From: Pseudobdellovibrionaceae bacterium | GTDB lineage: Bacteria > Bdellovibrionota > Bdellovibrionia > Bdellovibrionales > Bdellovibrionaceae | Assembly: GCA_044359815.1 (NCBI GenBank) | Contig: JBIKLL010000051.1 | Location: 1-19,583, forward strand | Length of the DNA stretch: 19,583 nt | Reading direction: 5' to 3' | Shown here: one piece after another, positions 8,693 through 16,750 of the stretch | How the letters are laid out: each line of letters starts with the position of its first letter | Numbering within the stretch: the first letter of the stretch is position 1 | Translations under genes and position numbers: made by a program | The notes under the pieces: model-generated | What the model was told of the DNA's origin: nothing | Seen by the model: the letters and a program-made list of their open reading frames with translations, nothing else | Databases searched by the model: none

Positions 8693-10032
8693 TGATTTAT
8701 AAACTCATAAAACCCAGGCTTTCCTAGCTCCTTGCCGTAACCTGATCCCCTGACCCCGCCAAAGGGAACTCTGATGTCAGACTTTATCATGGCATTCACT
8801 GCCACCATACCCACTTGCAGCCCTGTGGCGATTTCGTTCGCAAGATTAAGGTTTTTCGCAAACAAAGCAGCGCCCAGTCCGTATTCGGAATCATTGATGG
8901 CTTTTACCACCTGATCTGAGTCTGTAAATTCAGCCACCATTCCTACGGGTCCAAAATATTCTTGGTTTTTAAAATGGGGATGATCGACATTGGTTTCAAC
9001 AATCTGAATGGGATGGTAACTGGTTTCAGAAAATTCAGGTGGCAGTTTTTCTGAAAATACCAATTTCCCGCCAGTGCTTAAATGCTCAGAGACTTGTTTT
9101 TTTAATTGCACAACAAAGCGCTGATGCGCCAATGCCCCTCTATCAGTGCTGGGATTTTGAGCCAGACCTAGTTTTAGCTTCTGCAATTCTGTAAAAAACA
9201 AATCTAAAAATTCAGCTTTGATTGAGCTTTCTATCAGAAATCTTTTGGCAGATATGCAGGCTTGTCCATTATTAACCATTTTCGCCATGGCACAAATCTG
9301 TGCTGATTTTTCAAGATCGGCATCTTTAAAAATCACGTAGCAATCATTACCGCCAAGCTCTAGGACTGACTTTTTTAAATACTTACCAGCCAATGAAGCA
9401 ATGACCGACCCCCCAGACTGACTGCCCGTAAAGGTCACAGCACGAATGGTTTTATTTTTAACAACCATTTCTATTTTGGAATGGGGAATTCTCAGATTTT
9501 CCGCCACTGGCACCGTTGAGTTTAAAATACTGACTATTTTTTCTGCGCTGCCAGCTGTGATATCTGAATGTTTAATGATCAAACTATTCCCGTTTAGCAC
9601 GCTGACCACAGCTACTCTGATCACCTGCCAAAGCGGGTAATTCCAAGGCATCACCGCCAGTATCACTCCTAGGGGCTGTTTGATCAAAACTGTCTGTTTA
9701 TAATGCGCCCCTGGAGTTTCAGAATTCATCATACCAGTAAAATTTTGAGACGCGTATTGCAGTGAAAATATCGATTTATCTATTTCTGCCAATGAATCTT
9801 TGATGGGCTTTCCCATTTCGACTGAAATCAAAGTGGCCAAAACACTTCTGTCTGTTTGCAAAGCTGCTGCAATGGATTGCAGAATTTTTATTCTGCCAGT
9901 TTCATCAATGGATTTTAATTGTTCAAAATTCTGTTGAGCTTTTAGAATGATTTCGTAAATCTCCGAGTCGGTATGATAATTATAACTACTCAGTGTTTTT
10001 AAATTTTCAGGGTTGACTGTGTTAAATTCCAC
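8671..10032 (-). CDS. NAD(P)-dependent aldehyde dehydrogenase, succinate-semialdehyde dehydrogenase (Sad/GabD1)-like
   Basis: EMGKP, PWNYP, FTGS, catalytic ELGG and NGQAC, EYFGPV and PFGG motifs. Start placed at GTG 10032 (VEFNTVNP) by analogy with family N-termini; the ORF is open to 10068. Confidence 0.9.
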   Translation of the reverse strand: MEFNTVNPENLKTLSSYNYHTDSEIYEIILKAQQNFEQLKSIDETGRIKILQSIAAALQTDRSVLATLISVEMGKPIKDSLAEIDKSIFSLQYASQNFTGMMNSETPGAHYKQTVLIKQPLGVILAVMPWNYPLWQVIRVAVVSVLNGNSLIIKHSDITAGSAEKIVSILNSTVPVAENLRIPHSKIEMVVKNKTIRAVTFTGSQSGGSVIASLAGKYLKKSVLELGGNDCYVIFKDADLEKSAQICAMAKMVNNGQACISAKRFLIESSIKAEFLDLFFTELQKLKLGLAQNPSTDRGALAHQRFVVQLKKQVSEHLSTGGKLVFSEKLPPEFSETSYHPIQIVETNVDHPHFKNQEYFGPVGMVAEFTDSDQVVKAINDSEYGLGAALFAKNLNLANEIATGLQVGMVAVNAMIKSDIRVPFGGVRGSGYGKELGKPGFYEFINHQFVGFD

Positions 10033-10255
10033 TCCACACAAATAACTCGACAAAAGAAGATATGACAATAGCGAAAGATGTCAGACTCAATATTAAATAG
10101 GCTGACGCTTTATAAACCCGTTCCAATTTTAAAGCTGATTTTTTATAAGGACTGCTGAAGGCAAAAACAGGATTTGCTATGCAGGCTCTAAAAAACTGAT
10201 TACAGCTAAAAACGAAAAACACTGTTGATAGGAGACTGACAATATAAAGCATCAT
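10022..10255 (-). CDS. Small membrane protein (77 aa, two hydrophobic helices)
   Basis: ATG start, two hydrophobic stretches flanking a basic loop, fills the gap and overlaps the ALDH start. Confidence 0.5.
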   Translation of the reverse strand: MMLYIVSLLSTVFFVFSCNQFFRACIANPVFAFSSPYKKSALKLERVYKASAYLILSLTSFAIVISSFVELFVWSGI

Positions 10256-10262
10256 GATACAG

Positions 10263-10290
10263 AGCCCATCGGCTTGATACCAATGGGTCT
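10263..10290 (-). terminator. Hairpin downstream of the 233-aa ORF (possible weak terminator)
   Basis: Minus strand CCCATTGG-N7-CCGATGGG stem with one G-U pair, about 20 nt after the stop codon. No strong U tract. Confidence 0.3.
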
Positions 10291-10306
10291 AAATACGACA
10301 ATGGTC

Positions 10307-11008
10307 TTAAAATTCTTCTTCTTCACTGATTGAAGATTCAGAGGTCATACCCCTTACTTCATCAATAAAGCTTTGAGTCTCGTCTTCAAATTCATTGTCC
10401 AGAGCTGCTTCATCAATTTCAAGCTCTTGAATAGCTGCCAAGAAATCTTTTTCGTTTCTCAGATCTTTCCTGATCATTTCTAAGAACTTATCTGGATAAC
10501 GTGATGTGAGTTCTTCAACATAACGCTCAAGCTTACCATCAGCCAAAATTTTACGTCTGACCTGGATTTTCTTCCAAAGAGCCAGGTAATGAAATCTGCA
10601 GTAACCTTCAACCACACCTATTTGATCGCAATCCCTGACCCGGCAATACCTGCGACCTTCAGCGTCGGTCAGAATCACTTCCTCAGGACCGCTTTCTTTA
10701 GCCACAACGGATTCAGACTCCAGAACTTCAATGGAGGCGTCCTCGGTGACCTCTACAGTTTCATCAAACTCAGACAGATCAGGAATTTCCTCGGCACCAA
10801 AATCTTCATCAGATTCTAAAATAACTTCATCCGAAGCGGGCTTTTCTTTGCTTTTTTTGCCGCCTTTAACCTTGGAAGGTATGGGGCTTTGCTTCTTTTT
10901 TGCTGCAGCGCTTAACTCTGATTTTGCCGAGTCTTTTTGCTGCTTTGCTGCATTTTTATTATCTGATTTATTACTGACTGTCTTCTTAGGTGTTTTTGTT
11001 TTTGCCAT
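10307..11008 (-). CDS. Hypothetical protein: Lys-rich then acidic disordered N-terminus, C-x4-C-x9-C-x2-H putative Zn site, helical acidic C-terminus
   Basis: Sequence composition and the motif YCRVRDCDQIGVVEGYCRFHY. Confidence 0.85.
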   Translation of the reverse strand: MAKTKTPKKTVSNKSDNKNAAKQQKDSAKSELSAAAKKKQSPIPSKVKGGKKSKEKPASDEVILESDEDFGAEEIPDLSEFDETVEVTEDASIEVLESESVVAKESGPEEVILTDAEGRRYCRVRDCDQIGVVEGYCRFHYLALWKKIQVRRKILADGKLERYVEELTSRYPDKFLEMIRKDLRNEKDFLAAIQELEIDEAALDNEFEDETQSFIDEVRGMTSESSISEEEEF

Positions 11009-11044
11009 AGAGATTGGATGAACGATTCAGACAAACAAGTCAAA

Positions 11045-12010
11045 TTATTTTACAACAATTGTGCCTTCCGAAGACCTTGCAACAACTTGTCCCTTCACTC
11101 CACCGCCACGGGCGTGACCCTTATAAACTTTGTTTGAGCCATCACGATAGGCTTTTAAGTTGCCGGGCAAATACAATTCGCCGTCCTCGGTGGACAGACT
11201 TAAATAAGCAGAGCTGTCTTTAGGCAAAACCACTGTAAGTCGGCCTTTTTGAGAGCGGACATTTATATCAGCTTCCTCTGAAGGATTCAGGGATACTGAT
11301 CCATCTAGAATTTGACCTTCCATTCGGCCTTTAAAGGAATTCGTTGATAAAATCCCCTTCTTAACATCAAATTTTAAAGTCCCCGATGAATCTTTGATGT
11401 TTGATTTTCCCTTGGTCGTAGAAACCTGCATTGATCCCTGAGATTTTTCAATGCTAGTGTCACCTACAAAATTAGAAACAATCAGCTCACCTGTTTGCTT
11501 GGTGATTTTAACCATGGCTGCAAAAGAATCGGCCTCAATACTGCCGACATTTTCATCAGCCACTAATTCACCATTAAGCAAAATCACTTTTGCTGTGGAC
11601 TTCAGGGCCTTTAAATTTACCTTAGCCTTTGTGGCTTCAATTAAAATTGGATGTTTCCAATTTTTAACATTGATTGAGCCTTCCTTCAGGTGAACTTCAA
11701 GGGTCAAACTGGGAATTTCAAATTCTAAACTGACAGGCTTTGAAAAATACCGATCACTGACGATAATAGCAGTGTCCTTAATTGAAACCTGCACAGAATC
11801 TGAAGTTCCCTCCAAAATCCGCCATTTTAATTCTTTGGAAGCCGAGGGGATAAAGTTTATTTTGGCATTTTGCAAATTCACGAACATAGTTTCTTGCCCT
11901 GTCAAAATCTTTTGAGCCAATGCTGCAGAAGGCAGCAACGACAGCAATAAGCTCAACACTAGACAAATCGCAGCAACAGAAAAAGCTAAAAAATATTTTT
12001 GAAAACTCAT
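11045..12010 (-). CDS. Secreted DUF4097/adhesin-like beta-strand repeat protein
   Basis: Signal peptide ending ALA-Q, followed by repeated beta-strand units with G-x-(I/L/V) turns (NGELV, VGSIE, TGELI, QGSMQ, SGTLK) and a terminal SSEGTIVVK. Confidence 0.75.
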   Translation of the reverse strand: MSFQKYFLAFSVAAICLVLSLLLSLLPSAALAQKILTGQETMFVNLQNAKINFIPSASKELKWRILEGTSDSVQVSIKDTAIIVSDRYFSKPVSLEFEIPSLTLEVHLKEGSINVKNWKHPILIEATKAKVNLKALKSTAKVILLNGELVADENVGSIEADSFAAMVKITKQTGELIVSNFVGDTSIEKSQGSMQVSTTKGKSNIKDSSGTLKFDVKKGILSTNSFKGRMEGQILDGSVSLNPSEEADINVRSQKGRLTVVLPKDSSAYLSLSTEDGELYLPGNLKAYRDGSNKVYKGHARGGGVKGQVVARSSEGTIVVK

Positions 12011-12016
12011 ACATTG

Positions 12017-12045
12017 ACTCTGCTTTTAATCTGACTTTCTGTCAA
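12017..12045 (-). promoter_or_regulatory. Putative sigma70 promoter for the DUF4097-like gene (possibly leaderless)
   Basis: Minus strand TTGACA (12045-12040), 17-nt spacer, weak -10 CAGAGT (12022-12017), then 6 nt to the ATG with no SD. Confidence 0.3.
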
Positions 12046-12068
12046 AGAACTTTTATCGAAAGGATTTT

Positions 12069-13244
12069 ATGAACCATGCAGTAATTATCGCAGCCAGCCG
12101 CACGCCTGTCGGCAGTTTTCAAGGCAGTCTTTCTGGATTAGCCGCTCCAAAATTGGGAGCGATTGCAATCAAGGAATCTTTAAAAAGGGCTCAGCTAAAA
12201 GCCGAAGAAATTGACGAAGTTATTATGGGTGAAGTTTTAACCGCAGGTGTGGGACAAGCCCCCGCCAGACAATCTGCATTGTATGCAGGTATTGCAAATT
12301 CAGTTCGTTGCATGACAATTAATAAAGTTTGCGGAAGCGGCCTTAAGGCCGTGATGTTGGCGGCTGACTCTGTAAATCTGGGACACAGCCAATTTGTAAT
12401 TGCTGGTGGTCAAGAAAATATGTCTCTTGCGCCTCACCTGATGGAAAACTCCAGAGTTGGCTACCGCATGGGTCCACAAACAATTTCTGACAGCATGGTA
12501 AAAGACGGCTTGTGGGATCCTTACAATAATTTTCACATGGGAAATGCTGCTGAACTTTGTGTGCGCGAATATAAATTTACACGCGAAGAACAAGACGCCT
12601 TTGCGATCGACTCCTATAAAAAAGCCCAAAATGCCATTCAGAGCGGTGCTTTTAAAAATGAAATTGCAGCTGTGGAAATTCAAGACCGAAAGGGCACAAT
12701 TAGAATCGAAAACGATGAAGAACCCGGTAACGCTAAATTTGATAAAATCCCAGGACTACGACCCGCTTTTGAAAAAGAAGGAACTATCACTGCAGCCAAT
12801 GCCTCAAAAATAAATGACGGAGCTGCTGCGCTAGTCGTCACAACAGAAGCTTTGGCAAAACAAAGGGGATCAAAAGTTTTAGCGAAAATTAAAGCTCAGG
12901 CAACATTTGCTCAAGATCCAAAATGGTTCACAACAGCTCCTGTGGGTGCCATGAAAGAAGCTTTAAAAAAAGCAAATCTAACTGTTGATCAAATTGATTT
13001 ATGGGAAATTAATGAGGCGTTTGCCAATGTCACTATGGCAGCAATTAGAGATCTAAAAATTGATCCAGCACGTGTAAACATCAATGGTGGAGCTGTTGCC
13101 ATAGGTCATCCAATTGGCGCCAGTGGAGCCAGAATTTTAACGACGCTTTTGTATGCTCTGGAAGCTAAAAATAAAAAATACGGAATGGCTTCACTCTGCA
13201 TAGGTGGCGGAGAAGCTGTTGCTGTTATTGTGGAAAGACCCTAA
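12069..13244 (+). CDS. atoB: Acetyl-CoA C-acetyltransferase (thiolase)
   Basis: NKVCGSG catalytic Cys, NEAF, GHPIGASG and CIGGG motifs. AAGGA RBS. Confidence 0.93.
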   Translation: MNHAVIIAASRTPVGSFQGSLSGLAAPKLGAIAIKESLKRAQLKAEEIDEVIMGEVLTAGVGQAPARQSALYAGIANSVRCMTINKVCGSGLKAVMLAADSVNLGHSQFVIAGGQENMSLAPHLMENSRVGYRMGPQTISDSMVKDGLWDPYNNFHMGNAAELCVREYKFTREEQDAFAIDSYKKAQNAIQSGAFKNEIAAVEIQDRKGTIRIENDEEPGNAKFDKIPGLRPAFEKEGTITAANASKINDGAAALVVTTEALAKQRGSKVLAKIKAQATFAQDPKWFTTAPVGAMKEALKKANLTVDQIDLWEINEAFANVTMAAIRDLKIDPARVNINGGAVAIGHPIGASGARILTTLLYALEAKNKKYGMASLCIGGGEAVAVIVERP

Positions 13245-13262
13245 AGATCAGAAAAGAGTTTT

Positions 13263-13955
13263 ATGAAAAAAGTATTTTCAAACGCTACAGAGGCCCTATT
13301 TGATATCAAAGATAACGTAACAATTGTCTTGGGTGGGTTTGGACTTTGTGGAATTCCAGAAAATTTGATCCAGGCTTTGAAAGAATCTAAGGCCAAGGGA
13401 TTAACCTGCGTTTCAAACAATGCAGGTGTTGACGACTGGGGACTGGGCTTACTGTTGCAAACCCGACAAATCAAAAAAATGATTTCAAGCTATGTGGGTG
13501 AAAATGCTTTATTTGAAAAACAATACTTAAACAAAGAACTGGAAGTGGAATTTTGTCCCCAGGGAACTTTGGCCGAAAGAATCCGAGCTGGTGGAGCCGG
13601 CATCGCTGGTTTTTACACTCCTACAGGAGTCGGCACCAAGGTCGCCGAAGGTAAAGATATTAGAAAGTTTGATGGGAAAGAGTTTGTTTTAGAAACAGGC
13701 ATCAAAGGCGAATTTGCATTTGTGAAAGCTTGGAAGGGCGATAAGTTTGGAAATTTAATTTATCGAAAGACCAGCAGAAATTTTAATCCCATGGCGGCCA
13801 CTGCCGGGAAAGTCACGATTGCCGAAGTTGAAGAGCTGGTCGAAATCGGCCAGTTGGATCCGGATCAGATCCATACACCTGGTGTTTATGTGCAAAGAAT
13901 TTTTCAAGGAACTAATTATCAAAAGCGCATCGAACAAAGAACGGTGAGGAAATAA
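13263..13955 (+). CDS. scoA: Succinyl-CoA:3-ketoacid CoA transferase subunit A
   Basis: [31 protein letters not shown] and IHTPGVYV motifs. Confidence 0.93.
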   Translation: MKKVFSNATEALFDIKDNVTIVLGGFGLCGIPENLIQALKESKAKGLTCVSNNAGVDDWGLGLLLQTRQIKKMISSYVGENALFEKQYLNKELEVEFCPQGTLAERIRAGGAGIAGFYTPTGVGTKVAEGKDIRKFDGKEFVLETGIKGEFAFVKAWKGDKFGNLIYRKTSRNFNPMAATAGKVTIAEVEELVEIGQLDPDQIHTPGVYVQRIFQGTNYQKRIEQRTVRK

Positions 13956-14620
13956 TGCCACTAAATCGAGATCAAATTGCAGCCCGTATTGCAAAAGAGG
14001 TTGAAGACGGATTTACCGTTAATCTGGGTATTGGTATTCCAACCTTGGTAGCTAATCATATTCCCGCCGATAAGTTTGTCATGTTTCAAAGTGAAAATGG
14101 TTTGTTAGGAATGGGAGCTTTCCCATCTGAGTCTGAGGTCGATGCTGATTTAATCAATGCCGGAAAACAAACTGTTACCTGTGTAGCCGGCGCCAGTTTT
14201 TTTTCCAGTGCAGACAGTTTTGCAATGATTCGTGGTGGCCATGTGGATTTAACAGTTTTGGGGGCCATGGAAGTGGATGAATTGGGCAGCATCGCAAACT
14301 GGATGGTTCCCGGAAAAATGGTTAAGGGCATGGGTGGCGCCATGGATTTAGTTGCTGGAGCCAAGCGCGTGATAGTGGCCATGCAACACACTGATAAGGA
14401 AGGTAATTCAAAGCTACGAACTAAATGTCTACTGCCTCTGACTGGGGTTCAATGCGTGCACAAAATTGTTTCTGACTTGGGAGTCTTTGATGTAACCAAA
14501 GAGGGATTTGTCCTACTTGAGCATGCTCACGACGTAAGTATAGACCACATCAAGCAGCACACCGAAGGCAGACTCACCATCAGCAAAAACGTAAAACCCC
14601 TAACCCTGCACGGGGCATAG
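13955..14620 (+). CDS. scoB: Succinyl-CoA:3-ketoacid CoA transferase subunit B
   Basis: NLGIGIPT, catalytic SENG and GMGGAMDL motifs. TAATG stop/start overlap with scoA. Confidence 0.93.
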   Translation: MPLNRDQIAARIAKEVEDGFTVNLGIGIPTLVANHIPADKFVMFQSENGLLGMGAFPSESEVDADLINAGKQTVTCVAGASFFSSADSFAMIRGGHVDLTVLGAMEVDELGSIANWMVPGKMVKGMGGAMDLVAGAKRVIVAMQHTDKEGNSKLRTKCLLPLTGVQCVHKIVSDLGVFDVTKEGFVLLEHAHDVSIDHIKQHTEGRLTISKNVKPLTLHGA

Positions 14621-14913
14621 ATCTGAATAACTAGCTGGACCTACGTCTGCGCAATGGCTTTGCTAAAAACTTAAAGATCAATGAAGACAATTTAAAAGCA
14701 TTTAATTTTAATTTAATGAGACCTCCGCGGAGCCTGGACGGCGGGGGCTTGGCCCGAGCGGAGAAGCAGGAGCTGCGTCTCATTAAATTAAAATTAAATG
14801 CTTTTAAATTGTCTTCATTGAACTCGTGTTTACTAGCATCTATTTTGCCTTAGGTCCTTAGTCTAAGGAAGATTCATTCAGACCTACGCCCCGTGCAGGG
14901 AATCAGGGGTTTT
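14593..14913. repeat. Giant fold-back element 2: perfect 45-bp inner inverted repeat plus imperfect outer stems enclosing a 54-nt GC-rich core
   Basis: 14678-14722 is the exact reverse complement of 14777-14821. 14604-14628 pairs with 14876-14900 (23/25). 14593-14601 pairs with 14905-14913. GGACCTA 14637-14643 pairs with TAGGTCC 14851-14857. Confidence 0.95.
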
Positions 14914-14942
14914 TCCGAAAACTAAATAGGAATCACATAATT

Positions 14943-15935
14943 ATGGGCGCACGCAAGTTACAAAAAGACCACTACCTGTTTCGCGAAGGTGATCCACCTG
15001 ATGCGATGTACGTTTTAAAAAGCGGAAGGCTTGCTGTTGTCAAAACAAAATCAAATTCAGAAGTTCTGCTTGCAGAGCTAAATCCAGGGGCGATGGTCGG
15101 AGAAATGGCTTTCTTTGACAATAAACCCAGAAGCGCATCCGTCAAAGCTGTGAAAGATTCAGAAGTCATTGCCCTTCCCTACAAAGCTTTGCACGCTCAG
15201 TTTTCAACTTTTCCAGAATGGTGCAAAGCAATCATGCGAACTGTGAACGATCATTTGCGAAACGCTAATCAAAGAATCAAGCAGCTTGAAAAATCAGATG
15301 CTGAGGGCGGTGGTGATTTATTTCCTCCGCACACAATCAATAAACTGATTTCGATTCTGAATTTGATTGGAACTAAATTTGGTAAGCTTAACGAAACAAC
15401 AAAGCTTATGGAAATCAATGGGCAGACTCTGCGTGATTACACGATTCAGATATTTCAGGAACCCACGCACAAAATGCAAAAACTCACAAACGTACTGATG
15501 GATTTAGAATTGGTAAAAGTCGAAGAAATGGGCGAAGGAAAATCAAAAGTCATCATTTTAAAACCAGATTTATTGTATAGCTTTGTTTATTGGTACAACG
15601 ATTGGTTATTCAAGCAAGAAAAAGACCGTGTCACAATCAAGGAAGAAGAACTAAAAATCCTAACAGCCCTGATTCATTTTGCAAAAAAACAGCAGCCTGA
15701 TGATAAGGGCATAACAAAAATTAATTTAACTGAAATGCAAAACGATTCCATGCGCGAACTTGGTTATTTGGTGAAAACTGAGGAAACAGCTCCTTTAGTT
15801 GAAAAAAAGATCATTGGTGATCACGTTATGTCGGATGACGGGAAAGCCTTGTTCACATCATTTAAATTAGATGAGATCGAAAAAACAGCGCCTTATTGGA
15901 AGATCATTTATACATTAACAAAAGTTCGCAGATAA
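14943..15935 (+). CDS. Cyclic nucleotide-binding (Crp/Fnr-type cNMP domain) protein with uncharacterised C-terminal region
   Basis: LFREGD...MYVLKSG and phosphate-binding cassette GEMAFF-x4-RSASV. TAGGA RBS. Confidence 0.88.
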   Translation: MGARKLQKDHYLFREGDPPDAMYVLKSGRLAVVKTKSNSEVLLAELNPGAMVGEMAFFDNKPRSASVKAVKDSEVIALPYKALHAQFSTFPEWCKAIMRTVNDHLRNANQRIKQLEKSDAEGGGDLFPPHTINKLISILNLIGTKFGKLNETTKLMEINGQTLRDYTIQIFQEPTHKMQKLTNVLMDLELVKVEEMGEGKSKVIILKPDLLYSFVYWYNDWLFKQEKDRVTIKEEELKILTALIHFAKKQQPDDKGITKINLTEMQNDSMRELGYLVKTEETAPLVEKKIIGDHVMSDDGKALFTSFKLDEIEKTAPYWKIIYTLTKVRR

Positions 15936-16000
15936 GCAGCAACCCCCAAAATTTTAAATCTTTAATCAGATTGCCGCTCTAAAAACTCGACAAAGACCGC

Positions 16001-16630
16001 TTAGTAACAACGACCTTCCCAAGTAACAATTTTTTCTCTAAATCGCTTTAAGGAATAAAAGTTTGCAATGGCTTCAGTATCATTGTTGCTGCCCAGATTA
16101 ACTCGGACATCTTTTGTAGTTTCCCTAAAATAGTACTCAACGTCTTGATTACCCCAACGAGTCACATATCTGTAGTCGCATCTTTGGTGCCCTTGATTGT
16201 CGATGTAGCAATATCTTTCACGAACTTCATAACGGCAGCTTTGCCAGTCTCGGTAAGTCTGAGACCGCTCAACCGAGGTTGCCACTCTTACAAAAACATC
16301 AAAAGGCTGCCCCGTCATACCCGCAGGTAAAGCCATAGATCCGTTTTCTGGCAATTCTAAATTCTTGGGAACCATCAATTTAATTTCGTATTCTTTATCC
16401 CCTGGACCCTCTAGTTCAATTTGCACTAGATCTTTTTTCTTTTTTTCGATTGTGGTTTTGTATTGTCCTGCAGGTATTTGTTCTTTATCAGGTCCACCCG
16501 GTTTTAAATTGTAAATAAACGGTCTTTTTACTGATGTCGTCCCATCAATTTCATCACAGGCAACTCCCAAAACCAAAAGAGCCGGCAGTAAAAACAAGCG
16601 AACTGTTTTGCTTAGCGTAGATATGTTCAT
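16001..16630 (-). CDS. Putative lipoprotein of unknown function
   Basis: ATG 16630 preceded by a GGGGGA SD. Signal peptide with lipobox-like LGVA-C; four further Cys in the mature part. Confidence 0.8.
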   Translation of the reverse strand: MNISTLSKTVRLFLLPALLVLGVACDEIDGTTSVKRPFIYNLKPGGPDKEQIPAGQYKTTIEKKKKDLVQIELEGPGDKEYEIKLMVPKNLELPENGSMALPAGMTGQPFDVFVRVATSVERSQTYRDWQSCRYEVRERYCYIDNQGHQRCDYRYVTRWGNQDVEYYFRETTKDVRVNLGSNNDTEAIANFYSLKRFREKIVTWEGRCY

Positions 16631-16750
16631 AATCCCCCCTTGAACACTATTTAACATTGTTAGCTCACCAGTCTTAAAGCAAAATAAAAATTAACAGCCA
16701 ATCACTAAATAATGACGCACAAAATTGATTACATAAGATTTTTTTAAATA

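Noticed and set aside
14678..14821. CRISPR array, tRNA or simple rho-independent terminator
   Set aside because: No direct repeat-spacer periodicity, no tRNA T/D-loop consensus, and the stems are AT-rich and far too long with a large structured loop.
15936..16000. Bidirectional terminator between the convergent cNMP and lipoprotein genes
   Set aside because: Only a weak GCAGCAA/TTGCCGC pairing with a long loop; no convincing stem with a U tract.
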